Shown: positions 1 through 8,962 of the stretch, one piece after another
Layout: the number at the start of each line of letters is the position of its first letter
Position numbering within the stretch: the stretch's first letter is position 1
Made by a program: the position numbers and the translations under genes
The notes under the pieces: model-generated
What the model was told of the DNA's origin: nothing
The model's input: only the letters and a program-made list of their open reading frames with translations
Databases searched by the model: none
Virus record (IMG/VR): IMGVR_UViG_3300020468_000005
Span: 1-64,000 of that record
Length of the DNA stretch: 64,000 nt
Strand: one strand, 5' to 3'
DNA from: a virus

Positions 1-1473
1 CTAAGAAGACCAAGTATCCTGAGATCTGGTAACCATACATTTGAATATGTTGGTTATGGTCCTGGTAACTATTCAACTGGTCTACCTTCAGTACAAAACA
101 GAGTTCTAACTGAGCAAGAGATACTTATATCACAGTCACAAAAAGAAAATGGTGGTATCGCATTCTACTCTGGACTTAACAGTAATGGTGACTTGTTTAT
201 TGGTAACACTAAGATTAGTTCTGTTACTGGTGAGGAAGCAAACCTTGATACTCCTACCTTATCAATCGTTGGTGAAACTACAAACTTACGTCCTACATTT
301 GATGAGATCATTGTTAGAGATAAAATCACTGTTGAATCTAATACACTTGAAACTGAGGTTAGAGGTAAGTTAAGAGTACTTAACGAAGCATCTATTGAAA
401 ATAAGTTAACTGTTGATGATATTACTATTGGTGGTACAAACGAATCATCTAAGAACATTGACGTATTTGGATCAGCTCCAACTGCATCTGATGTTGGTGA
501 CGTTGGTGACTGGAAATTACTAGAGAGTATTACCAGAGGAGGGCACTTAGGTTTCTATTACACTGGTGGTGAGTGGGTCAAATTTGGATTAACTGATACT
601 GGTAACATGTCAGTTACTGGTGGTAGTGGTACTGGTGATAGTACAGGTGATTTAGAATTTAACAACGGACTTGGAGTAAAAATTAATGGCACTGGTACAT
701 TCCAAATAGGTACAGGTGATTTAACTACAGGTGGTAACATCATAGGTGGTAACAATATTACTCTTACTGGTGATATTCAAGTAAATGGCGGTGACATCAC
801 AACGAACCAGTCAACGTTTAATATCGTAAATAACACAGCAACAACAATTAATTTTGGTGGTGCAGGTACTAATATTACTATTGGTGCTACTACTGGTACT
901 ACAACCATAAGAAACGACTTGTCTTTGACAGGTGGTTTAACAATCGGTAATAACCTCACAGTTGGTTCATCTAATGTAATCTCCGATGCAAGTGGAACTG
1001 CTACATTAAAAAATATTGATGCTATAGATGCTACTACTGAAGCTACTATAGAATCTGCAATCGACACACTTGGCAACTTAACTTCAGCCTCATCCTTGAG
1101 CACAGTTGGCACAATCACTACTGGTACATGGAACGCAACTACTATCAGTAGGAGCAAGGGTGGAACTGGTATAGATACATCAACTCTCTCTAATGGACAG
1201 TTACTTATTGGTTCTGCTAGTGGATTTGCAAAAGCAACGTTGGGTAATTCAACAGGTATCAGTATCACTAATGGATCTAACTCTATTACTATAAACAATA
1301 CTGGTGTTACATCATTCGCTAATCCTTCAGGATTCTATGATGGATCTGTTAACTCAACAACTGGTGGAGTCACATTCACTATTGGTACAGGATCAAATGC
1401 ATATGGTAGAAGATATATAAGTCAAAGTTCACCTTCGGGTGGTTCAAATGGAGATATTTGGTATAGGTATTAA
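1..1473 (+). CDS. Tail fibre / large virion structural protein, C-terminal part (5' truncated by the window)
   Basis: Frame is open from base 1 (LRRPSILRSGNHTFEYVGYGPGNYSTGLP...GDLFIGN), so the TTG start at 193 is not the true start. G/T/S/N-rich beta-repeats; ends in the PSGGSNGDIWYRY motif typical of fibre tips. Confidence 0.85.
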   Translation, partial: LRRPSILRSGNHTFEYVGYGPGNYSTGLPSVQNRVLTEQEILISQSQKENGGIAFYSGLNSNGDLFIGNTKISSVTGEEANLDTPTLSIVGETTNLRPTFDEIIVRDKITVESNTLETEVRGKLRVLNEASIENKLTVDDITIGGTNESSKNIDVFGSAPTASDVGDVGDWKLLESITRGGHLGFYYTGGEWVKFGLTDTGNMSVTGGSGTGDSTGDLEFNNGLGVKINGTGTFQIGTGDLTTGGNIIGGNNITLTGDIQVNGGDITTNQSTFNIVNNTATTINFGGAGTNITIGATTGTTTIRNDLSLTGGLTIGNNLTVGSSNVISDASGTATLKNIDAIDATTEATIESAIDTLGNLTSASSLSTVGTITTGTWNATTISRSKGGTGIDTSTLSNGQLLIGSASGFAKATLGNSTGISITNGSNSITINNTGVTSFANPSGFYDGSVNSTTGGVTFTIGTGSNAYGRRYISQSSPSGGSNGDIWYRY

Positions 1474-1475
1474 TT

Positions 1476-2495
1476 ATGACACTTCCTTATAATTCCGCTG
1501 TAGCTAATCAACTTGGCGATCAGGGAAAACTAGTAATGGTAAAGGATCAGGATGAATGGCGATATGCTGATCGTGTCTGGGCTAAAGAATCTAACTCATG
1601 GCGTGAAGTAGAAAGAGTATATGTAAAAGATAGTGGAACATGGCGAGAGGTAGGAAAGTATGACATCTATCGTTTTCGGTTTGATCTGAATAGTAATAAT
1701 CAAGGATCTGGAGCTAACTATAATTATAGGATGCTTAATCCCTCTGTAAATAGTAGCAATGATGATCTATACACTGGATCAGCAAATACAAATACTTATT
1801 GGAGTCTATCAACTGCACTAACTACTGTGAGTCCTTGGAGTGGTTCAGATCCTGTAATTGGTGTTGTTTACGTAAACTCTAGTCAAAGAAATTTAAGAAT
1901 AGATACCTTACCTTCAGGTTCTAGAGTTGTGTTGCACATATATGGCAACAGAAGAATTATGGGTAGAGGTGGAAATGGTGGAAATGGAAGTCAGTCACAC
2001 GCTGCTGGTGGTAATGGTGCTAATGGACAAACTGCATTATATGCTAGAGGTAGTGGAGCTGGACAAGTATTATTAGTCAACTACGGTCAGATTGCTGGCG
2101 GTGGTGGAGGAGGTGGAGGTGGCCGTGGAGGTCAATGCGTCTACAACCAAAACACTCAGAAATCATGTATGAAAGGTAGTCAATGCCCTGTTACATATCA
2201 AAACTTCTCCCAAGAACAAGGTGGAGGAGGTGGCGGTGGTGCTGGATATCCTGGTGGGTCAGGTGGATCGGGTGATCCAAATGGTCAAAATGGAAACCAA
2301 AGTGGTGCAGGAAGTGGTGGTGGAAACCAAAGTTGTAACGCTCAAGATGGTAGAAATGGTGGTAATTTTGGACAAAATGGACAAACAAAATCAGGAACTG
2401 CAGGTTCTGCTGGTAGTGCAGGTGCTGCAATTGATGGAGTATCTAACATAAATAAAATTGTAAGTGGAACAATCACGGGACCCCAGACAAACTAA
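1476..2495 (+). CDS. gp38-like receptor-binding adhesin (polyglycine sandwich)
   Basis: N-terminal Trp repeats (WRYADRVWAKESNSWREVERVYVKDSGTWREV), then IMGRGGNGG, NYGQIAGGGGGGGGG and GGGGGAGYPGG motifs like T2/T6-type gp38; directly follows a fibre gene. Confidence 0.8.
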   Translation: MTLPYNSAVANQLGDQGKLVMVKDQDEWRYADRVWAKESNSWREVERVYVKDSGTWREVGKYDIYRFRFDLNSNNQGSGANYNYRMLNPSVNSSNDDLYTGSANTNTYWSLSTALTTVSPWSGSDPVIGVVYVNSSQRNLRIDTLPSGSRVVLHIYGNRRIMGRGGNGGNGSQSHAAGGNGANGQTALYARGSGAGQVLLVNYGQIAGGGGGGGGGRGGQCVYNQNTQKSCMKGSQCPVTYQNFSQEQGGGGGGGAGYPGGSGGSGDPNGQNGNQSGAGSGGGNQSCNAQDGRNGGNFGQNGQTKSGTAGSAGSAGAAIDGVSNINKIVSGTITGPQTN

Positions 2496-2992
2496 TGACT
2501 GAATCTATAGAAAATATTGACCCGCAGTTTAGACTGGATGCTGAGGTATCTCCAGTATATAAATGCACAAATTATAACGCAGAAGAGAGATCTTTTGAGG
2601 TATATTATAATGATGGACTATTAAAGAACGATGAGTGGTATGGTCCTATCATGATGGATTTGGATAACATGGATCCAGAAGAAGTAACTCCATTAAGATT
2701 TCAAATTGCTGAAGTGGTATATCAAGCAGTAGAGAATAGCAAGTTAGTTGAGACTGATATGTCTGGTAGTTTGGTTGCACTCAATGCTATAATGGATACA
2801 GAGCAATCAGTTCCTATGATTGAATTAATGAAACATCATGAAGCAAAAGCAAAAGCAAATCCACAAGGAATTGATCCTATTGCAAATGCTATAAATGCAA
2901 CGCAGGTGATTAACGTTTACAATGAAGATGATTTTGATCTACAATTTGAAGCACTAACACAGGCACTAGCAGAAGAAGATGCAGAGGGGTAA
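2495..2992 (+). CDS. Hypothetical acidic protein, possibly tail-fibre accessory/chaperone
   Basis: 165-aa ORF translationally coupled to the adhesin (TAATG overlap). Confidence 0.7.
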   Translation: MTESIENIDPQFRLDAEVSPVYKCTNYNAEERSFEVYYNDGLLKNDEWYGPIMMDLDNMDPEEVTPLRFQIAEVVYQAVENSKLVETDMSGSLVALNAIMDTEQSVPMIELMKHHEAKAKANPQGIDPIANAINATQVINVYNEDDFDLQFEALTQALAEEDAEG

Positions 2993-2995
2993 TAA

Positions 2996-3715
2996 ATGTA
3001 TCAATTTGCAGAGACACAAGATTCAAGGATAGCACACTATTCTTTTGGTAGAAGCATAACACAATTTGGTATGACTGTATTCAGTACAACTGATGCACGT
3101 CAAGGTAAAAAAATATTTGGCAATGATCCTGACCCATTTAAGGAAATACCTCTAATCACACAGAGTGATGTGGTACAGGAGCATATTGATAATAATCCTA
3201 AAGGTATAGTTGCTGCTCATGAAGATGAAGTAAGGGAATGTGGTAAGTATTTACAAGTACATCATAGAACAGTAATGTTCGGAAGCACATGGAAGAGTGA
3301 CAGTTTAAGACCTGCACACCGATCATTGCTTTATCATAACGGAGCATATACTCATTTTAGATTCTGTGGTCTTGCAAGGATGGTATCTCAAGAAGAACAT
3401 GGTATCGCATCATGTCAAGGTTATGAAGATTTACATGCCACTAACAGGAGAGTGCATTTCTATGAGGAGAGTGGAGCCTTTACACCAACAGGAAAAGGTA
3501 GTATAATAGTACCAATGCACGATTGTTGGTTTCATCAACAGAAATTAATACAGCATTTCCCATATCCAGTATCAGTTGATCACACAGTTCAAATAACAGT
3601 AGAGAAACCTACATTAATAATTGAATTCACAAGAGAAGAACCTGATGTTGCAGAATTTGCTAGGACATGGTTACAACAAGTAGAAGACGGACTTATTGAA
3701 ATTATTGATAGATGA
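2996..3715 (+). CDS. Hypothetical protein, paralogue of 3712..4380
   Basis: 239-aa ORF sharing motifs with the next gene (FGNDPD/FGDDPE, FRFCGLAR/FRISGITR, EKPTLIIEFT/EKPGYLIEFT). Confidence 0.75.
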   Translation: MYQFAETQDSRIAHYSFGRSITQFGMTVFSTTDARQGKKIFGNDPDPFKEIPLITQSDVVQEHIDNNPKGIVAAHEDEVRECGKYLQVHHRTVMFGSTWKSDSLRPAHRSLLYHNGAYTHFRFCGLARMVSQEEHGIASCQGYEDLHATNRRVHFYEESGAFTPTGKGSIIVPMHDCWFHQQKLIQHFPYPVSVDHTVQITVEKPTLIIEFTREEPDVAEFARTWLQQVEDGLIEIIDR

Positions 3716-4380
3716 GTAAATCATACACTGTAACTGATTCTTTCGAGGATTTTACAGTTTTATATCATAGAGGATGTGACCAAGGTTTCAAATTCTTTGG
3801 TGACGATCCAGAAGAACACAAGACATACATAAAACAACCGCACATTGATATGGTCAATACGATCATACCTGATTGGATGGACATTCCTACTGAATTTCTT
3901 ACCCATTTTTATATGCATAGTAGATGTTTACTGTTTACTGAGGGTATATGGATGAGTGAAACAGCAAGACATCCGCATTACTTACGTTATAAACCAGGAA
4001 CTAACGTAAGTTTTCGTATATCTGGGATTACTAGGTTCACATCATTGACCGAAGGTGGTAGTGCTCTCTGTGTTGGTATCAATCCTGATGCCAAAACTAT
4101 ACCAAATTTACGCAGACATGTGCAGAAAGTGGATAGTACTATGCATTTTATGCCTATCAGCACTGATTCTATATTCATCGCTACGGAGAATGCTACATTT
4201 GGTAACATAGAATTACCAATGGGTGCACCTAGACGCTTGAAAAATGATTTTGATGTGCTAGAATTTGAAAAACCAGGTTATCTGATAGAATTTACTAACG
4301 AACCAATGAACCTAGAGGATGAATTAGTCAACTATATCCACCAATATATTGAAGGTAAGATTGAGGTGTTTGAGCGATGA
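3712..4380 (+). CDS. Hypothetical protein, paralogue of 2996..3715
   Basis: 222-aa ORF with ATGA overlap and shared motifs. Confidence 0.75.
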   Translation: MSKSYTVTDSFEDFTVLYHRGCDQGFKFFGDDPEEHKTYIKQPHIDMVNTIIPDWMDIPTEFLTHFYMHSRCLLFTEGIWMSETARHPHYLRYKPGTNVSFRISGITRFTSLTEGGSALCVGINPDAKTIPNLRRHVQKVDSTMHFMPISTDSIFIATENATFGNIELPMGAPRRLKNDFDVLEFEKPGYLIEFTNEPMNLEDELVNYIHQYIEGKIEVFER

Positions 4381-4706
4381 TGGAGTTTCGTGATGGGTTC
4401 ACACCCAACTGGCAAGAGAACGTAGGTCTACCATGGAATGAATACAAGCTCTTAGAACGTGATAAGTTTGAAGAGTTGGTTACTATGATGATAGATGCAT
4501 ACCCAGAGCATGAACTAACAGAGTGGTTGAAGCGTGGTTTCTGCATGAACGAGTGTGATTCTACTATTGCATTCAAATCTCTGGAAGGTACACGCACTTT
4601 AAATCATCATCTTGCAATATGGGATGAGGAAGATGCGGACTGTTACGATAGTTATTGGAATGAAGTTGATGATAGCATAGACTGGGATGATGATTGGGAT
4701 GAGTAG
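4377..4706 (+). CDS. Hypothetical protein with very acidic C-terminus
   Basis: 109-aa ORF, ATGA overlap, D/E/W-rich tail. Confidence 0.65.
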   Translation: MMEFRDGFTPNWQENVGLPWNEYKLLERDKFEELVTMMIDAYPEHELTEWLKRGFCMNECDSTIAFKSLEGTRTLNHHLAIWDEEDADCYDSYWNEVDDSIDWDDDWDE

Positions 4707-4760
4707 ACACTTAAATTAGTGTACACATAGGTTGCATATGCAGAGAATATGTTGTATACT
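4703..4760 (+). promoter_or_regulatory. Early sigma70-like promoter with upstream class-A palindrome
   Basis: TTGCAT(4732)-17 bp-TATACT(4755); ACACT-N6-AGTGT at 4707-4722. Confidence 0.75.
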
Positions 4761-4784
4761 TATAGTATACACATCAGGAGACAC

Positions 4785-5270
4785 ATGACAGTAGCAACCG
4801 CACCTGCAACACTCGAAGAAAGAGTACAAGGTTGGGCAGACGATCTATGTGCAGCATTAGATCTAAACTTCAAGCATCAATCAATCAGAATGCATGAGAG
4901 AGAATTAGCAGATGAGAGATCATTTGAGGACTATCACAAGGAGCAACTAGATAAGATCGCTCTAGGTACTGCTAACCTAAACAGATTTGTTAAGTACACA
5001 GGTCGCAAGTACATCAAGATCGTTATGCAAGAGTTTGGCAGACACGAGACAGAGTACAAGGACAGCAGTGTTCATGCATTTATAGATAAGAAGACAGGTC
5101 AGGTGTATATGCCTGCAGGTTATAATGCACCAACACTAACAGGTAAGTATCCAGTAAGATGGGACTTAAGAATCATCAAGGATAGAGAGTATATCCTTAA
5201 TCCAATCAACTGCACATGGTCAGGTGGTTATCTTTACGACAGATCAACATTACCTACCAAGTACGTTTAA
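4785..5270 (+). CDS. Conserved cyanophage early hypothetical protein
   Basis: AGGAG RBS before ATG 4785; GRKYIKIV...SVHAFIDKKTG.VY motif recognised from cyanophage hypotheticals. Confidence 0.75.
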   Translation: MTVATAPATLEERVQGWADDLCAALDLNFKHQSIRMHERELADERSFEDYHKEQLDKIALGTANLNRFVKYTGRKYIKIVMQEFGRHETEYKDSSVHAFIDKKTGQVYMPAGYNAPTLTGKYPVRWDLRIIKDREYILNPINCTWSGGYLYDRSTLPTKYV

Positions 5271-5313
5271 GACCCCACAAGGGGTCTCTGACCCCTTCTA
5301 GCACAGTAGAAAC

Positions 5314-5571
5314 ATGCCAGTATATAGAGACTACGAAATTAGACTTAATCTTAATGAACTAATAGAACACAGGATTCCAACCTGTGATTTGTTGCATCCA
5401 GACCACTGCTTAACTGAAAGTCAAGTGGCACAGATAGCACATGATATTAATATGGATTTAGATCTACATCCCATATATCATCAAATAGATGATCACATCA
5501 TGCGTTATGTTAAAGCAGCAGGTATTGACAATACAGATCATTGGGTAGAACCTAGACTAGAAGACCTATGA
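5314..5571 (+). CDS. Hypothetical protein
   Basis: 85-aa ORF in operon context. Confidence 0.65.
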   Translation: MPVYRDYEIRLNLNELIEHRIPTCDLLHPDHCLTESQVAQIAHDINMDLDLHPIYHQIDDHIMRYVKAAGIDNTDHWVEPRLEDL

Positions 5572-5714
5572 TGAAACTCGTTGAGTACATAGTTATAGTA
5601 GGAATGGTAGTATTCTTAGGATTTGTATTTTTATATGAGTTGATAGATCTGTTTTTGGTCAGACCTATCTATCAAAGGTTCTTTAAAAAGAAAAAAAGGA
5701 GGAGAAGGCGATGA
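5568..5714 (+). CDS. Small single-TM protein with polybasic tail
   Basis: Manual translation MMKLVEYIVIVGMVVFLGFVFLYELIDLFLVRPIYQRFFKKKKRRRRR; ATGA overlaps on both sides. Confidence 0.6.
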   Translation: MMKLVEYIVIVGMVVFLGFVFLYELIDLFLVRPIYQRFFKKKKRRRRR

Positions 5715-5914
5715 ATGACATAACCATATTCATATTTGGTCTTAGTTTTGCAGCAGTTGTTGGTGCAACGTTCGCATTTATGTGGAAGATGACAGGTGCT
5801 GTATTAGAAGATGTGAATAAACCACGGAAACCACAGAGAACAGTGCATCCAGAGATGAAAGATGTACAGAGTGGTGATGAACTATTAGTATTTAAAGCAA
5901 ACGATGACAGTTAA
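5711..5914 (+). CDS. Small membrane protein (DUF2973-like)
   Basis: N-terminal TM helix and HPEM...GDELLVF motif. Confidence 0.6.
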   Translation: MNDITIFIFGLSFAAVVGATFAFMWKMTGAVLEDVNKPRKPQRTVHPEMKDVQSGDELLVFKANDDS

Positions 5915-6521
5915 TGTATCTCCAGTTGATAATTATGTATCACATGTATTTCCAGTAGGGATTTACGCAAAGCAAGGTATATTAGATGCGGATGAGAACG
6001 CAAAAGTGCTCTCTAAAGTGTATGATCTCCGCAAGATATTCAAAGAAGGTAATACAAAAGATTGGATGAGTGGTGCAATGTCACCTGATAATTGTTTTCA
6101 TGTCACCGACCTTACGGAGTATTTGGAGTTTAGTACGTTAATAAACAGAATATCCGATTGCGTACAAGACTTCGCACTCTACTATGGTAGTGATGAGCTT
6201 TATGAATGCACAGAATCATGGTATAATGTTTACTCAAGTGGAAGATATCAAGAGTTCCACATGCATCCTTACAATATATTCTCCGCAATATATTATGTCA
6301 AGGTACCAAATGGAGCAAATGGCACATACTTCAAGCGTCCTGATATGGGAGCGATGTTACCTCCTAAGAATAAAGTGCAACCAACTCCACTGAATCAGGA
6401 TACTTTGATAGCACCTCCGCAAGAAGGAACTGTCATAATATTCAGATCAAATTTACAACACTCGGTTCCCCCCTCGACATTTGAAGGAGATCGTGTTACA
6501 ATTGCTCTTAACTTCGCATAA
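5904..6521 (+). CDS. 2OG-Fe(II) oxygenase (TIGR02466-like)
   Basis: W.N...QEFHMHP...SAIYYV, FRSNLQHSV and RVTIALN motifs. Confidence 0.85.
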   Translation: MTVNVSPVDNYVSHVFPVGIYAKQGILDADENAKVLSKVYDLRKIFKEGNTKDWMSGAMSPDNCFHVTDLTEYLEFSTLINRISDCVQDFALYYGSDELYECTESWYNVYSSGRYQEFHMHPYNIFSAIYYVKVPNGANGTYFKRPDMGAMLPPKNKVQPTPLNQDTLIAPPQEGTVIIFRSNLQHSVPPSTFEGDRVTIALNFA

Positions 6522-6524
6522 CTT

Positions 6525-6626
6525 ATGAATGGATGGTATGTAGTATTTTGGACAGTAACAAGTCTGTTCATCCTCAGATCTCTTGGTGTATTCAAACCAA
6601 GTAAAAAGAAAAAGAAAAAGAAATGA
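6525..6626 (+). CDS. Micro membrane protein with poly-Lys tail
   Basis: Manual translation MNGWYVVFWTVTSLFILRSLGVFKPSKKKKKKK; fills the gap with an ATGA overlap to the next gene. Confidence 0.55.
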   Translation: MNGWYVVFWTVTSLFILRSLGVFKPSKKKKKKK

Positions 6627-6823
6627 GGAAACTATGGAGGATATGGGCAAAAGCACTCGGTGATAAGTCTGGTAAATCTGATAAGGAAGCAGACTTCGTT
6701 GCAATCATAAGAACCTTTATATTCCTCCAATTGATTATCACCAACTGTTTTATCGTGGGTGGAAATATACGTCATTGGAATGACCATTACGAAAGACCAC
6801 ACTACGAATTGACAGAGCAATAA
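6623..6823 (+). CDS. Conserved small phage membrane protein
   Basis: WRIWAKALG.K...EAD.VA.IRT...ITN.FIV.GNIRHW family motif. Confidence 0.7.
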   Translation: MRKLWRIWAKALGDKSGKSDKEADFVAIIRTFIFLQLIITNCFIVGGNIRHWNDHYERPHYELTEQ

Positions 6824-6837
6824 TTTGTTGCTATCAT
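6809..6837 (+). promoter_or_regulatory. sigma70-like promoter, likely giving a leaderless mRNA
   Basis: TTGACA-17 bp-TATCAT with extended TG; predicted +1 coincides with ATG 6844. Confidence 0.7.
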
Positions 6838-6843
6838 TAGACC

Positions 6844-7344
6844 ATGAACATTTTTGTTACCGATCCAGATCCAATAGTATCAGCACAGTGCTTACCTGAC
6901 AAGCATATTGTCAAAATGCCATTGGAAACATGTCAAATGCTATCCATTGTTGGTAGTGACAAATGGGGTCATGGTTTTGGTATTGTACCTAAGTTAGATG
7001 GTACACCATACAAGACAGACAAAGGTGCATTCAGGAATCACCCATGCACTATCTGGGCACAATCACATTGGACATGGTTAATCAATCATGGTCTTGCATT
7101 GTGTGCAGAGTATACTCACAGATACAATAAGGTTCACAGTTGTCAATCTAGTATCGAGTACGTTAACAATACATTCCCCCATCACGATGATTTCCCTACG
7201 AGCTATACCCGAGCCATGCCCGAACAGTTTAAATTTGACACAAGCATTAGTACTTTTACTGCTTACAAGAATTACATTGGCAGCAAACCTTGGGTTGCAT
7301 CTAATTATCTTCGTGACCCATCCAGAAAACCAAATTGGTTATGA
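6844..7344 (+). CDS. denV: Pyrimidine-dimer DNA glycosylase / endonuclease V-like protein
   Basis: MNIF...LPDKHIVKMPLETCQML...NHPCTIWA...LCAEYTHRYNKVH family motifs. Confidence 0.75.
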   Translation: MNIFVTDPDPIVSAQCLPDKHIVKMPLETCQMLSIVGSDKWGHGFGIVPKLDGTPYKTDKGAFRNHPCTIWAQSHWTWLINHGLALCAEYTHRYNKVHSCQSSIEYVNNTFPHHDDFPTSYTRAMPEQFKFDTSISTFTAYKNYIGSKPWVASNYLRDPSRKPNWL

Positions 7345-8273
7345 ATAAGATACTGTTCGGTGACTGCCGAGAAACATTAAAGACACTTGATACTAAAGCA
7401 CGAATGTGTGTGACCTCTCCTCCTTACTATGGTTTACGTAACTATGGTAATGAAGACAATCAAATTGGAATGGAATCAACACCAGAGGAATATATTGCAC
7501 AGTTAGTGGACGTTTTTAGAAGTGTACGTGATGTGTTGACAGATGATGGTACGTTGTGGCTTAATATAGGAGATACCTATTATAACTATAGATCCGATGG
7601 AAACTATCCAAAACAGACAGTTTCTAAATCTAAACAAGACCTACCAGACTTCTCACCTGTTCGTGGTAACAAACTACAAGGACTAAAGAGTAAGGATTTG
7701 ATTGGCATCCCATGGATGTTAGCATTTGCATTACGTGCAGATGGATGGTGGTTGAGACAGGATATAATATGGCACAAACCAAATCCTATGCCAGAATCGG
7801 TTAAGGATAGATGTACCAAAGCACATGAGTACATATTTTTATTGAGCAAAAGCAAAAACTATTATTATGACAATGAAGCAATTAAAGAACCAGTCAAGCA
7901 AGACTGGGGAACGAGAGATAGATCTAAAGGGAAATATCATAATGAAGGCACAGGGTTACAGCCACATAGTGGTCTTGAGAAGTCATACACCACAAAGAAT
8001 AAACGTTCAGTATGGACAGTTACAAATAAACCGTACAAAGGAGCACATTTTGCAGTGTTCCCCCCAGACCTCATTGAACCATGTATCTTGGCAGGCAGCG
8101 GTGAGGGTGATGTAGTTTTAGATCCATTCATGGGATCAGGAACTACTGCTATGGTTGCTCGTAAACACAATCGTAACTACATTGGTTGCGAATTGCACGA
8201 GGACTATGCCAGTTTACAAACTGACCGAATAGACAGCATTCCATCCCAATTACCTGCTATACTATGGAAGTAA
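7341..8273 (+). CDS. DNA amino-methyltransferase, beta class (N4-C or N6-A)
   Basis: Catalytic SPPY near the N-terminus; SAM-binding DPFMGSGTT near the C-terminus. Confidence 0.9.
   Translation: MNKILFGDCRETLKTLDTKARMCVTSPPYYGLRNYGNEDNQIGMESTPEEYIAQLVDVFRSVRDVLTDDGTLWLNIGDTYYNYRSDGNYPKQTVSKSKQDLPDFSPVRGNKLQGLKSKDLIGIPWMLAFALRADGWWLRQDIIWHKPNPMPESVKDRCTKAHEYIFLLSKSKNYYYDNEAIKEPVKQDWGTRDRSKGKYHNEGTGLQPHSGLEKSYTTKNKRSVWTVTNKPYKGAHFAVFPPDLIEPCILAGSGEGDVVLDPFMGSGTTAMVARKHNRNYIGCELHEDYASLQTDRIDSIPSQLPAILWK
8206..8263 (+). promoter_or_regulatory. Early promoter embedded in the MTase 3' end, with class-A palindrome
   Basis: ATGCCAGTT-TACA-AACTGACC, then TGcTATACT (8255-8263). Confidence 0.6.
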
Positions 8274-8296
8274 TCATCACACCAGACCATTTAACT

Positions 8297-8431
8297 ATGT
8301 CAAAGAGATACGAATCACCATTTTCAAAGAGTGAACTAAGGTATTTCCAGTCACTTATGCAGAATGACACAAAGGCAGAGGGTAGAGGTGCTACCTATGC
8401 TAAACTAGAGGTATTATTAAATGGACGCTAA
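8297..8431 (+). CDS. Small hypothetical protein
   Basis: Manual ORF MSKRYESPFSKSELRYF..., first gene after the promoter. Confidence 0.5.
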   Translation: MSKRYESPFSKSELRYFQSLMQNDTKAEGRGATYAKLEVLLNGR

Positions 8432-8621
8432 AGAATTAACAGGAGCAGAGAAACTCCTCTTCATTTTCTCATTCATCAACTTTCTACATTGGGGAACTCA
8501 GGTATGTCTTGTTATGTTACGTTTGGCGGGTATCGCAATCGCAAGCGGATCACTCGTGCTGCAATCGAGTGGTTCATACAACATCGTAAACTCAATCGCT
8601 TCAACACGTTTATCCATGTAA
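8421..8621 (+). CDS. Small hydrophobic hypothetical protein overlapping the next gene
   Basis: 66-aa ORF with TM-like N-terminal half. Confidence 0.45.
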   Translation: MDAKELTGAEKLLFIFSFINFLHWGTQVCLVMLRLAGIAIASGSLVLQSSGSYNIVNSIASTRLSM

Positions 8622-8962
8622 TTGATAAGCGGTTGTGGCCAGAGGATGATGGTGCATGTATCACAGTAGGTGCACAATCAAAACCTAGATACTTTGAGAT
8701 CGAGATGGAAAACCGTCTAGATAACAAAGAACAATACCTTACCACATTATTTCATGAGTTAGTACACTTCGAGCAACGTATTCGTGGTACTCACCAAGTG
8801 AGATATGATACACGATTATGTCGTAGTGTCAACAAGTGGCATGGTAAGGTCATACCACCAGAAACTGCCTACATGGATGAACCATGGGAGGTAGAAGCAT
8901 ATGGGACAGAGAAGGAATTGTATGATTCCTATAGAAAATATGAAGCAAATCTTAAAGATTGA
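8504..8962 (+). CDS. Zn metallopeptidase-like (HExxH, SprT/neutral zinc type)
   Basis: TLFHELVHFEQ and downstream EPWEVEAY third-ligand motif. Confidence 0.75.
   Translation: MSCYVTFGGYRNRKRITRAAIEWFIQHRKLNRFNTFIHVIDKRLWPEDDGACITVGAQSKPRYFEIEMENRLDNKEQYLTTLFHELVHFEQRIRGTHQVRYDTRLCRSVNKWHGKVIPPETAYMDEPWEVEAYGTEKELYDSYRKYEANLKD

Noticed and set aside
1476-2495. Collagen-like protein or DGR target
   Set aside because: Gly runs are not sustained Gly-X-Y triplets; no reverse transcriptase or template/variable repeat pair in the window.
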